Shown here in pieces: positions 8,336 through 17,392 of a stretch of DNA of 62,843 nt. The stretch covers positions 1 through 62,843 of the forward strand of contig JACRCU010000311.1 of NCBI GenBank assembly GCA_016218865.1, written 5' to 3'. Under the pieces are notes generated by a model. It did not search any database, had not been told where the DNA came from, and was given only the letters and a program-made list of their open reading frames with translations. The stretch's first letter is position 1; every line of letters starts with the position of its first letter. Both the position numbers and the translations under genes were made by a program. Source of the stretch: Deltaproteobacteria bacterium (lineage in GTDB: Bacteria > Myxococcota_A > UBA9042).

Positions 8336-9907
8336 CTACTTGAAGCAGTCGCTGTCGGGCAGCAGGCAGCTGTCGCAGGTCCCGTCGCCGTACTTGCCGC
8401 CGGCCTCGCAGGCGTCTTGGCAGGTGCCGGTGGTGGCGCCCGAGGTAGCGGGCACGCAGGCCAGGCCGGGCAGACAGGTGGCCGTGCCGATGCCGCAGTC
8501 CTTGCCCATGCCCAGAGCGGGCAAGCACTTGGCCATGCTCTGGCTTTCGTCGATGTAGGCACAACCCAAGAAGGCCGCGCAGAAACCGATGCCGTAGCCG
8601 CACTCCTGGCCGCTGAACTTCGCGTCCATGCAGGTGCCGGTGGCCTGCGGGTCGGCCGAGTCGGGCACGCAGGTCGCAAAGCCGCTGCAGTCGGTCGCCG
8701 TGCCATAGTCGCCGCACTTCTCGCCGGTGCTGGCCAGGGCGTAGCACGACGCCGAGCTTTTGGCGCTGCTGTCCCACACGCAGTCCGCGCCGTCGACGCA
8801 GCCGCCGATGTCGTAGCCGCAGGCGGCGCCGGGCGCGCCGGCGGTCTGGCAGGTGCTGTTGGGGTCGGTGGCCGAGGTGGGGAAGCAGGTCAGGCCGGGC
8901 TTGCAGTCGCCCAAGCCGATGCCCCCGCACTGGGCGCCGGCGCTGCCGTCGGCGTAGCACTTGGCCGAGGTGGCGGACGTGCTGGTCCAGCCGCAGCTGC
9001 TGCCCGCCGCGCACATGCCAAAGCCGTACTTGCCGCAAGCGCCGCCCAGCTTGACGTCGGCGTAGCACTTCATCGTGTTCTTGCTCTTGTCGGTGAAGCT
9101 GCAGACGGCGCCGTCGGCACAGTCGCCCAGGCCGGGGCCGCAGGTCTGGCCGGGGCTGCGCACGATCTGGCAGGTGTAGTCGCCCAGGTCGCCGGTGATG
9201 GCGCACTTGCTGCCGGTCGGGCAGCCGGTGGCGTTGCCAAAGCAGCTGCTGCCCACTTGCAGGCCGCCGCTGCCGCCCGCGCACTGGCCGCTGGCGTTGC
9301 AGGTCTTGCCGCCGGTGCAGGTGCCGCACTGGCCGCCGCAGCCGTCGTCGCCGCACTGCTTGTTCGCGCATTGCTTGGTACAGCTGCTTTTGCAGAGCCC
9401 CTGCACGCAGTTGGGGGCGGCGGTGGGGCACTTGCCGCAGTTGCCGCCGCAGCCGTCGGCGCCGCACTCCTTGCCGTCGCATTGCGGCACACAGCCGCCG
9501 TTGTCGGCCTTGGCGCTGTCCTTGGCGATGATCAGGTCCTGGCCGCTGCTGCTGCCGTCGCCGCCGCTGCTACTGTCGCCGCCGCTGCTGGCGTCCAGTC
9601 CGCCGCCGGTCGAGCTGGCCACGCAAATCGCCAGCTTCTTGATGCCTTGCGGGTCGCTCGCGTCGCCCTGCACGCTGCAGTATTCGCCGGTGCCGCAGGG
9701 GCCCAGGTCCTTCCACACGTTGTTGTCGCACTGCACCCGGTGCGGCGGCGCCACGCCCATGTAGCAGCCCTGGTTGGCATAGTTGCTGTCGCACACGCTG
9801 CCGGGGACGCCGCCGGGGACGACCGCACCGCCGCCGCCACCGCCGCCGCCACCGGCGCCGCACGCCGCCACCATCAGGGTCAAACCAAGAATAGCCAAGT
9901 TTCGCAT
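8336..9907 (-). CDS. Cys-rich tandem-repeat secreted lipoprotein
   Basis: Lipobox LMVAAC followed by a poly-Gly tract. CG(A/D)DGCGGxCGxC motifs are present. About 7 tandem ~40-aa repeats follow the pattern G..CG...G.C..G..C...C. Confidence 0.75.
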   Translation of the reverse strand: MRNLAILGLTLMVAACGAGGGGGGGGGAVVPGGVPGSVCDSNYANQGCYMGVAPPHRVQCDNNVWKDLGPCGTGEYCSVQGDASDPQGIKKLAICVASSTGGGLDASSGGDSSSGGDGSSSGQDLIIAKDSAKADNGGCVPQCDGKECGADGCGGNCGKCPTAAPNCVQGLCKSSCTKQCANKQCGDDGCGGQCGTCTGGKTCNASGQCAGGSGGLQVGSSCFGNATGCPTGSKCAITGDLGDYTCQIVRSPGQTCGPGLGDCADGAVCSFTDKSKNTMKCYADVKLGGACGKYGFGMCAAGSSCGWTSTSATSAKCYADGSAGAQCGGIGLGDCKPGLTCFPTSATDPNSTCQTAGAPGAACGYDIGGCVDGADCVWDSSAKSSASCYALASTGEKCGDYGTATDCSGFATCVPDSADPQATGTCMDAKFSGQECGYGIGFCAAFLGCAYIDESQSMAKCLPALGMGKDCGIGTATCLPGLACVPATSGATTGTCQDACEAGGKYGDGTCDSCLLPDSDCFK

Positions 9908-10009
9908 GATGTCCTTTGGTCCCGGCGGGTCTGCCTGCGGTGCGACCCCGGAGAAAAGCCTAGCGCGCTGGGGTGGCCCACGGCAAGGGGCGCGGGCCGC
10001 TGACCGTCG

Positions 10010-10049
10010 GCAAAAACGCGACAGGGCGCCGAGTTGCCCCAGCGCCCTG
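10010..10049 (-). terminator. candidate intrinsic terminator of CDS 10072..11868
   Basis: On the minus strand, CAGGGCGC (10049-10042) and GCGCCCTG (10029-10022) form an 8-bp stem with a 12-nt loop. This is followed by TCGCG and TTTTT (10016-10012). Confidence 0.45.
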
Positions 10050-10071
10050 CCGAACCTGAGTCACGCGCGCA

Positions 10072-11868
10072 TCAACCCGGGTTGAACACGAACGGCCACT
10101 GGATGACGCACACGCCCGCTTCCGGCTTCATGAACTTGATGCGGCGGATGGTGCGGAGCACGCAGTCGGTGACCGACGAGTTCTTCATGGTGTCGTCGAC
10201 GATCTTGTCGTTCGCCACCGAGCCGTCGCCCGTGATGGTCCACTGTACCGTGACCTTGCCCGCCAGATCAGGCTTGGCCATCAGCTGGGTCTCGTAGCAG
10301 GCGCGCAAGCTGGCGGCGCGGGCGCGCACGTTCTTGCTGATGTCGCCCTTGTCGCAGCCGCCGGTCGAATTGCCCTGGGCGATGTTGATCTTGGCCACCT
10401 TCTTGGCCGACTTGCGGCCGATGCCCATGTCGGCGTTGCGGCCCGTGCCGCCGCCGGTGTCGATGGCGCCCAAGCCGTGCAAACGGCCGTAGCCTTCGCC
10501 GCCGCCGCCCGAGCCGGTGCCGCGGAAGCCCATGCCGCCCGAGCCGTGGCCGATGACGAGCTCGCCGCCTTCGCCCGACATCGCCACCGCCATCTTGCTG
10601 GAGATCGCGCCCGTGTCGCCGGCCATGATGTTGCCCAGCGCGCCGGTCATGGCCTGCGGGCCGCCCAGCACCTTGGCGATACCGATGTTCTTGACGTCGA
10701 CCTTGTCGCGCATCGGCCCGTCCATCTTGGGCACTTTGCTCTGCTTGTTCGGATCCTTGTCGGGATCGCCGAACTTGCCTTCTTCGCCGCCGGCCTTCTT
10801 GCCGGTGGTGTCTTCGTCCTCGCCCTCGGGCTTGATCTCTTCGGGCTTCTCTTCTTCCTTTTCTTCCACGGCCACTTCGATGAGGCCGCGGTTCTTTTGC
10901 GCCAGCGCCTCGCTCTCCAGCCGGTCTTCGTCGCTCTTGGCGACCGAGTTGACGCCGACGAACAGCACGAAGAACACCGACATCACCGTGGCGAACGACA
11001 CGGCTAGCGCGGCGTTGCGGGTGCGGTGGGTGCCGACCAGCGCGCCGGGCTGGGCGCCGGTGAAGTTGAAGTGCAGGTCGATGCCGTTTTCGAACGAGAT
11101 CACGCCCGAGTCGCCGCGGGTGATCGCGTGGCTGCCGCCCGCGTCGACTTCGTTGCCGCCGATGGTCAGGCTGCCCGAGGCGCCGCTGGGCACACTCAGC
11201 TGGTACTGCTCGGCCGCTCCCGGCGTGAACAGCACGTGCGACGAGATGCCGTTGGCGGCCAGCTGCAGCGTGTTCTTGTTGTCTTCGCCGACGGTCACGA
11301 CCGTGGGCACGAAGAACACCTTCTCGGCCACGGTCTGATCGTTCCACGCCAGGGCCACGCGCAAGAAGCGCTGGTCCTTGTGGTACTCGTCGAACGAGGC
11401 CACCGCGGTCAGGCCGCCAAAGAACGCCAGCACCGAGCCGAACACCAGCCAGATCAGGCCGTTGAGGTGCACATACGTCTCTGGAATCAAGCCGCCCGAA
11501 GCGTCGCAGAACGCCAGCTCCATCGCTTTGCAGGGCACGATGGTGTAGACCTGATCGTAGGTCAGCCACGCGAGCACGATCTGGATGAGCCCGGCCACGG
11601 CGATGCCCCAGCCGAACTTGCGCTTGCGCTGCTTGTAGATCAGCGCGCCGAGTGCCACCGAAACCAGCGACAGCAACAGCGAAACTTGACCCGTCCAGAT
11701 CTGGAAGCCGGCGATGCCTTTGTAGCCGAACTCTTCGACGTAGACAGCCGAAAACAGATTGCGCCACCCCGACGGGTCGGATTCGGCTCCGCCGCCGCCC
11801 ATGCCGAGGTTGGTGCCCAGCAGCGCGATCAGGCTGCCGATGATAGCTAAAATGGCTCCGCCGCTCAT
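10072..11868 (-). CDS. polytopic membrane protein with a TonB_C-like AgmX/PglI-type C-terminal domain
   Basis: ATG 11868 is preceded by GGAGAG. The order of regions is: about 4 N-terminal TM helices, a beta-rich segment, another TM, a Glu/Lys-rich linker, a Gly-rich tract, then the C-terminal CDKGDISKNVRARAASLRACYE...VTVQWTITGDGSV...CVLRTIRRIKF. Confidence 0.7.
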   Translation of the reverse strand: MSGGAILAIIGSLIALLGTNLGMGGGGAESDPSGWRNLFSAVYVEEFGYKGIAGFQIWTGQVSLLLSLVSVALGALIYKQRKRKFGWGIAVAGLIQIVLAWLTYDQVYTIVPCKAMELAFCDASGGLIPETYVHLNGLIWLVFGSVLAFFGGLTAVASFDEYHKDQRFLRVALAWNDQTVAEKVFFVPTVVTVGEDNKNTLQLAANGISSHVLFTPGAAEQYQLSVPSGASGSLTIGGNEVDAGGSHAITRGDSGVISFENGIDLHFNFTGAQPGALVGTHRTRNAALAVSFATVMSVFFVLFVGVNSVAKSDEDRLESEALAQKNRGLIEVAVEEKEEEKPEEIKPEGEDEDTTGKKAGGEEGKFGDPDKDPNKQSKVPKMDGPMRDKVDVKNIGIAKVLGGPQAMTGALGNIMAGDTGAISSKMAVAMSGEGGELVIGHGSGGMGFRGTGSGGGGEGYGRLHGLGAIDTGGGTGRNADMGIGRKSAKKVAKINIAQGNSTGGCDKGDISKNVRARAASLRACYETQLMAKPDLAGKVTVQWTITGDGSVANDKIVDDTMKNSSVTDCVLRTIRRIKFMKPEAGVCVIQWPFVFNPG

Positions 11869-12134
11869 GTCTCTCCACGCTCGGCCGACCCTGGATCGGC
11901 TCGGAGGGGCTGGGCCGGGCACGACCAAACGCAGGTCGCACCAAACCGGGCCGCGATGCTAGTTTCGGGGCAACCCCCCGTCAAGCGCCGTTTGCAACTT
12001 GATTCGCCACCCCGGCAATTGAGGGGCGACGCCAGACCCCAGTGCCGGGCGCGGGCTGCGGGGTCACGACTATCGACGCGCCACGCGAGCCGCCGATCTA
12101 CGGCCAACCGCGTGACGACGATCTTTTTTGGTGG

Positions 12135-14327
12135 TCAGCGGCTGGCGCCGGTGGCGGCGTGGGGAAGTGCGGGCGGTTCGCCAAAACGGCCTGAGGTATC
12201 GGCAACTTCGATGGTGTCGCCCCGCTGCACCGCCGCTTCGGGGACGTTCACCTTCGTCAGCACACCGCAGCCTGCCCGCAGCTCGGCCACGCGCACGTCG
12301 CCATGGCGCTGGTCCGTCGACCACGGCACGCGCAGCGACCAGTGCCCGTCTGCGCGCGCTGCACCGAACGCCAACCAGCGGTAGCCCTGATCGCCCACCT
12401 GCAGCAGCACTTCGGCGCGCGGTGTCTGTCCGGCGGCACAGCCGCGCCCCGCGAGCACCGCGCCTTGCACGCGCTCGAACACCTTCGCCCGTTCCCCTGC
12501 GGTCGCGTGGAGCAGCCGCCACTCGGGTCGGGCTGTGCAGCGTCCGTCGGGGCTGGCGCTGCCGTTGGCGTAGAAAAGCACTTGGGCGTTGCTGCACTCC
12601 GCCTCTCCGGTGAGCTTGCGGCTGCCGTCGGCAAGGTCGACCACGTAGCGATCGGCGGGCTGTCCGCGGGCGATACCGTAGGCGCGCAGCGAGGCGCCTG
12701 GAACTTGGGTCGCGATCCAGTAGCGGATGCGGTGCTGCGCGACCAGCTCGGGGCGATCGCCGCCGCCCAGGATCAGATCGGCGCAGGCGTCGAGCCCGGC
12801 CGTCTGTCCCGGGGCAATGAGCGGGCTGCACACGTTGGCCTGGCCGCCCCAAGCCAGCAGATCGTGGCCAAAGCCCCAGCCGGCCAGCACGGCGTAACTA
12901 GGCGTGCTCTGCGGGTTGTCGGCCTCGCCTGCGGCAGGCTCATGGGCGGCGAGCCAGTCCAGCGCCCGCCACACCGGCGCGCGCCGGGCCAATGGCAGCG
13001 GCCGGCTGGCCACATCGGCCAGGCCCGGGAGCAGCGCCAACGCCGCGATCGCGTAGGCGATGCCCGGCCGCCCCCGGCTCTCGGCCAGCTGCACCAGACC
13101 GGCGCCCGCCAGGACGGCCAGCGGCACCGCGGACAGCGTCGCAAACCGCTGCTGCAGCACGCCCAGCAGGACGCCGATCGCCAGCGCCGCCGCCCAGGTC
13201 ACATGCCTAGCCCGCTGCTCCCGCTGGCGCAGCGCCCAAAGCAGCAGCAACGGCGTGGCAAGTGCGGGCCAACTCAGCAGTTTCAGGGTGCCGGACCAGC
13301 CGTTTTCGGCGGCCGAGGTCGACTCGGCGATCAGCGCCACGTAACCCCTGCCCGCCACGAAGTCGCCGCCGCCGAACAGCGCGCGCCGCCCCGGCTCCCA
13401 GATCGCCAGTGCCACCGCCACCCCAGTCAGCCCTTGCGCGACCGCCCGCCAGCGCCCCAGCGGCCCGGTCTGCGCCCCAGCGCCCATCGCCAGCAGCGTC
13501 GCGGCCGCTACCCCCAACAACCCCGGCTGCAGCAGCGACAGGCCCTCGGCCACCACCGCCCCGCCGTGGCCCAGCGGCGAGGCCAGACCCCGCGGCAGGG
13601 CCAGCAGCGCCGCTGCGGCAAACACCAGCGCCAGACGCCGCGAAAATCCGCTTCGCTGCTCGGGTTCACTGGCCAGCAGCGCCAGCCCCGCCAGTCCGGC
13701 CAGCAGCGCCACCGTCATCGCCGACGACGGCCACAGCTCCAATGGCGCCGCGGTCAGAACAACCGCCAGCGCGACCCGCCCGACCCCCGCCGCCCGCTGC
13801 AGTCCCAACAGCGCCGCCAGGGCGGCAAAGGTGACGAGCGGCTCGGCGGCATGGTGGTCGATCTTGCCGACTTGCGTGTAGTTGTGCAGGCCGGGGTGGC
13901 AGGCGACCAGCAGACCTGCGACGACCATCGCCCGCACCCGCTGGGCCGCCGGCGCCAACTGCCCGGCCAGGTGGGCCGCCAGCACGGTGGTCGCCGCCGC
14001 ACAGCCGGTGACGAGCGCATACCCCGCCCATAGCACCGCGTTGCGATCGCCGCCGAGGCCGGCCGCCAGGGTCGCGCCCACCGCATCGAAGCCGTCTGGC
14101 CACACCACGACGTTGCCGGCGGGCACGTGGACCCAAGCGTCGCGGTGCAGCGGTCCGTGCCCCGCGGCTTGCCACAGCATGCGCCGAACGTGGTACCACG
14201 AGTCGCCGCTGACGGCGAACCAGCGGTCACCCCAATGCAAATCGGGCAAATTGCGCAGGCGCAGCGCCGCCGTCAGCCCCGCCAACAGCAGCAGGAGCAG
14301 CCGCGGCGGCACGGTCTTGCCCAGCAT
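12135..14327 (-). CDS. STT3/AglB/PglB-like GT-C membrane protein (oligosaccharyltransferase-like, non-canonical)
   Basis: About 13 TM segments plus a C-terminal soluble domain. GDSWYH (aa 41-46) resembles the first-loop acidic motif. KIDHHAAE is at aa 155-162. LIAE (aa 332-335) sits at the TIXE position. GWGFGH (aa 483-488) sits where WWDYG is expected. Confidence 0.6.
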   Translation of the reverse strand: MLGKTVPPRLLLLLLAGLTAALRLRNLPDLHWGDRWFAVSGDSWYHVRRMLWQAAGHGPLHRDAWVHVPAGNVVVWPDGFDAVGATLAAGLGGDRNAVLWAGYALVTGCAAATTVLAAHLAGQLAPAAQRVRAMVVAGLLVACHPGLHNYTQVGKIDHHAAEPLVTFAALAALLGLQRAAGVGRVALAVVLTAAPLELWPSSAMTVALLAGLAGLALLASEPEQRSGFSRRLALVFAAAALLALPRGLASPLGHGGAVVAEGLSLLQPGLLGVAAATLLAMGAGAQTGPLGRWRAVAQGLTGVAVALAIWEPGRRALFGGGDFVAGRGYVALIAESTSAAENGWSGTLKLLSWPALATPLLLLWALRQREQRARHVTWAAALAIGVLLGVLQQRFATLSAVPLAVLAGAGLVQLAESRGRPGIAYAIAALALLPGLADVASRPLPLARRAPVWRALDWLAAHEPAAGEADNPQSTPSYAVLAGWGFGHDLLAWGGQANVCSPLIAPGQTAGLDACADLILGGGDRPELVAQHRIRYWIATQVPGASLRAYGIARGQPADRYVVDLADGSRKLTGEAECSNAQVLFYANGSASPDGRCTARPEWRLLHATAGERAKVFERVQGAVLAGRGCAAGQTPRAEVLLQVGDQGYRWLAFGAARADGHWSLRVPWSTDQRHGDVRVAELRAGCGVLTKVNVPEAAVQRGDTIEVADTSGRFGEPPALPHAATGASR

Positions 14328-14330
14328 CCG

Positions 14331-15239
14331 CTACTCCGAGACGTCGTACGGCACCAGCAGCACCACGCTGGCCGAGATCATCGCCGCGTGGTCGCCCGCT
14401 GCGTCCATGCCGCCGCCCAGGTCCACGCCGACCTTGGTGGTGCGCCACGACAGGCCGCCGCACACCCAGTGGTGGGTCGCAGCGCCGCGCACGATCTGAT
14501 CGAACTGATAGCCCGCCCGCAGTTGCAGGCCCTCGGTGCCGACCTGGTAGCCCACGCCGGCGCGGTAGCTCTGGCCGTCGGCATCGCCGGCTACGGCTAC
14601 GTCGCGGTTCGCCACGCCCCACGAGCCCGACACTTCGGCGACCACCTGCGAGCCCACGAAGGCCGCACCCACCGCCACTCGCCGCGGCGCTTCGCGCGGG
14701 TCCAGTGCCAGTCCGTTGTGGATGACGGCGCCCAGGCGCACGCTTTGCAGCCCCACCGTCACACCCAAATCGCCGGTCCAGCCGTCCACGTTGCGGCTGC
14801 CCTGGCTCACGTTCAGGTAGCGCGCCGAGGCGCCGAGCAGCAGCCGGCTCGTCTCGCTCTGGCCGCCCATGCTGAGGCCCATGCGGACGTCGTGGCCGCG
14901 CCGGTGCGGAGTGTCGGTCGACCAGCCGAGCTCGCTGGCGTAGCCCACGCCGGCCGCCAGGCCCCAGGCCGAAGTGGAGTCGACGTAGCTGACGAACGGC
15001 GCGCCCGAGCCCGCTTGCCCCGATCGCGCAAACCCTGTTTCGAACCCGGAATGCTGCACTTGGCTCATGCCGGCCGGGTTGCTGTACAGGGCGGCGCCCG
15101 CCACCCCAGAGGCCACCTGCGCATCGGCCGTGCCCAGCGAGGTGGTGCCGGCGCCGGCGGGCCGGTACGGTCCCATGCCGCACAACAGCCACCAAGCGCA
15201 GGCGACAACCAGCGGATTCCAGAAGCGATGCACGTTCAT
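14331..15239 (-). CDS. small outer-membrane beta-barrel, FadL/PorV-like
   Basis: Signal peptide present. The N-terminal GTADAQVASGVAGAALYSNPAGMS matches the NPAG motif typical of FadL/PorV-type barrels. The remainder has an alternating Gly/aromatic beta-strand pattern. Confidence 0.55.
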   Translation of the reverse strand: MNVHRFWNPLVVACAWWLLCGMGPYRPAGAGTTSLGTADAQVASGVAGAALYSNPAGMSQVQHSGFETGFARSGQAGSGAPFVSYVDSTSAWGLAAGVGYASELGWSTDTPHRRGHDVRMGLSMGGQSETSRLLLGASARYLNVSQGSRNVDGWTGDLGVTVGLQSVRLGAVIHNGLALDPREAPRRVAVGAAFVGSQVVAEVSGSWGVANRDVAVAGDADGQSYRAGVGYQVGTEGLQLRAGYQFDQIVRGAATHHWVCGGLSWRTTKVGVDLGGGMDAAGDHAAMISASVVLLVPYDVSE

Positions 15240-15255
15240 GCGGTCCCTGTTGCGG

Positions 15256-15936
15256 TCACGAAGTCTTCTTGTCGGCCGCCTTCTTCATGCGCGCGATCAG
15301 GCCCGACCAGCCCTCTTTGCCCAGGATCTTAGCAAAGTTTTGCCGATAGGACTGCACCTGACTGGCGTCGTCGACCACGATGTCGAACACCCACCAGCGG
15401 CCGTCGCCGGGCAGCAGTTGGTAGTTCACGTCGGCGCTGGTGCTCTTGACCGTGAGCACCGTTTGCACCTCGCTGCGGCCGCCGGGCAGGTTGCGGGTCT
15501 GCTTGTAGGTAATCTCGACCGGCGTCCCCGGCTTGAAGCGCTTGACGTAGGTGTTGATCACCATCCGGGTCAGCAGCTGGGTGAATTCGGTCTTCTGCTC
15601 GGGCTGCAGCCCGTCCCACTGGGTGGGCAGCGTCAGCTTGGCCATTTCGGCAAAGTCGATCACGCCGCGCAGTTCGTCGCCGATGGCCTTGTGCAACGCT
15701 GCGAGATCGCTGGTCGACTTCGCCAGCTGGTCCAGCTTGCCCGACAACCCGGCGATGAATTTCTGCGGGTCGCCAGCCGGCTTCTTGGGGCCGGCGGGTG
15801 CGGTAACGGGCGCAGGTGTCGCCGGGGCTGTTGCCGCCGGGGCCTTGGCGGGCTTGGCGGCCTTGGGCGCTGCGGCGGCGGGCAGGGCGAACGACGCCAC
15901 GACCACGAACGCAGTGAATTTGCAGAAACGGAGCAT
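15256..15936 (-). CDS. MlaC/Ttg2D-family periplasmic lipid-binding protein
   Basis: Signal peptide followed by an Ala/Pro/Lys linker. Family-typical segments are DFAEMAKLTLPTQWDGLQPEQKTEFTQLLTRMVINTYVKRF and WWVFDIVVDDASQVQSYRQNF. Confidence 0.8.
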   Translation of the reverse strand: MLRFCKFTAFVVVASFALPAAAAPKAAKPAKAPAATAPATPAPVTAPAGPKKPAGDPQKFIAGLSGKLDQLAKSTSDLAALHKAIGDELRGVIDFAEMAKLTLPTQWDGLQPEQKTEFTQLLTRMVINTYVKRFKPGTPVEITYKQTRNLPGGRSEVQTVLTVKSTSADVNYQLLPGDGRWWVFDIVVDDASQVQSYRQNFAKILGKEGWSGLIARMKKAADKKTS

Positions 15937-16003
15937 GGTCTTCCTTGGGCACGCTGCGCCGCGCTGGCGCCTGCTACTGCAACGCGGGCGCGCCGGTCGC
16001 GAT

Positions 16004-17389
16004 TCAGTGGCCGGGCTCGGCGAGCTGGGTCAGATCCATGCCCACCGCCCGCGACAGGGCTGCCACCGCCAGGGTGTAGTTGAAGATCGACTCGGCGTAG
16101 GTCATGCGCCGGCGGGTGTAGGCCTCCATGGCGCGCAGCACCTCGGCGAATTCTTGAAAGCCGTCTTCGTACGCCTGGTTTTCGGCCGACAGCCAGCCGC
16201 GGGCCGACTTGAAGGCGCGCTCCTGCACGTCGATCATGGCGCGGGCATCGACCATTTCGCGGTACATCTGCCGCACGTCCATGCGCAGCTTGGCGCGCTC
16301 GCCCTGCTCCAACAGCGCCGCTTGCTTGGCGTCCAGGTCGGCCTGGTCGATCTTTTCGAGCTGGCGCATCGGGTCCAGGCTCCACCGCAGCGCCAGACCC
16401 AAGCCCGAGGTCGCGGAGTTGTTGGGGTTGGTCGCCAGCGAGTCGGGCGTGTCCGCGCGGGTCGGCGCGTAGGTGTAGGCATAGCGGGCCACCAACACCA
16501 GATCCGGCAGGAACTGATTTCGCGCAAGTTGGGCTTGCATCAGGCGGACTTGCACGCCGCCGCGCTGGGCCAGCAGCCGCGGCGAGTTGGCCAGGGCCAG
16601 CGTCTCGATCTGCTGCATGGGCAGCGGCGGCACCACCACTGGCGTCAGCTCGCCCGCGGCCTCGATCGCCAGTTCCGTCGACTCGCCGAGCGCCAGTCGG
16701 ACGCCGTCTTCGGCTTGGCCGCGCGACCGGTCGAATTGCCGCACCTTCTCTTCAATATCGGCGGAAAACACGTTCAGCTTGGCCAGGTCGGCTTGGTTGA
16801 AGCTGGCGTCGCCCTCGTCGCGGGCTTTCTCGATCTTCTCGCGCTGTTCTTGCATCAGCCGCTTGCCGTCGGCGACCAGATCGCGCAGCTCGGCGACCAG
16901 CACCAGGCCCCACCAGGCGCGCGCCAGCTGGAAGCGCATCTCGTCTTCGGCGATGCGGCCGGTGACGCGCGCGATGTCCACGCCCTGGCGGGCCATGTCC
17001 TTCAGGGTCGAGATCTTGCCAAAGGTGAACAACGTCTGCCCCATGCTGACCGAGGTGACCAGCAGCGGGCCGAACTTGGTGAAGTCGTAGTCCTGCAGCG
17101 GCGTGGAGCCGTCGTGGCCGTCTTTCAACTCGGGCAGCGCTGTGCCAAAGGCGCTGATGTCGAACTTGGGATACCAAGCCGACTGGGCTTCGCGCAGCTT
17201 GCTTTCGTACTGGTCCAGGCCCAGCCGGGCGGCGGCAAGCAGGGGCGACTGCTTCTTGGCGCGCGCCAAGCACTGCTCAAAAGTGCAGCGCAATTGCCGC
17301 GGTTCGGCCTCGGCCTGCCCGACCAGGGCCAACGCCGTCACCATCGCCAACGCCCCGGCCACCGATTTGCGCACGTGAGAGTGGTACAT
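16004..17389 (-). CDS. TolC-family outer-membrane factor
   Basis: Signal peptide (ALALVGQAEA). It has the two-repeat helical architecture of the family, with LEQCLARAKKQSPLLAAARLGLDQYESKLREAQSAWYPKF. Confidence 0.8.
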   Translation of the reverse strand: MYHSHVRKSVAGALAMVTALALVGQAEAEPRQLRCTFEQCLARAKKQSPLLAAARLGLDQYESKLREAQSAWYPKFDISAFGTALPELKDGHDGSTPLQDYDFTKFGPLLVTSVSMGQTLFTFGKISTLKDMARQGVDIARVTGRIAEDEMRFQLARAWWGLVLVAELRDLVADGKRLMQEQREKIEKARDEGDASFNQADLAKLNVFSADIEEKVRQFDRSRGQAEDGVRLALGESTELAIEAAGELTPVVVPPLPMQQIETLALANSPRLLAQRGGVQVRLMQAQLARNQFLPDLVLVARYAYTYAPTRADTPDSLATNPNNSATSGLGLALRWSLDPMRQLEKIDQADLDAKQAALLEQGERAKLRMDVRQMYREMVDARAMIDVQERAFKSARGWLSAENQAYEDGFQEFAEVLRAMEAYTRRRMTYAESIFNYTLAVAALSRAVGMDLTQLAEPGH

Positions 17390-17392
17390 GTT

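Noticed and set aside
6993-10003. Long ORFs 6993..9482 (-) and 7583..10003 (+) overlapping the hydrolase and Cys-rich lipoprotein genes.
   Set aside because: They have the same R/A/G/P-rich composition, no recognisable motifs and no signal or start context. The alternative frames give a GHSFGG hydrolase and a regular Cys-repeat lipoprotein with lipoboxes.
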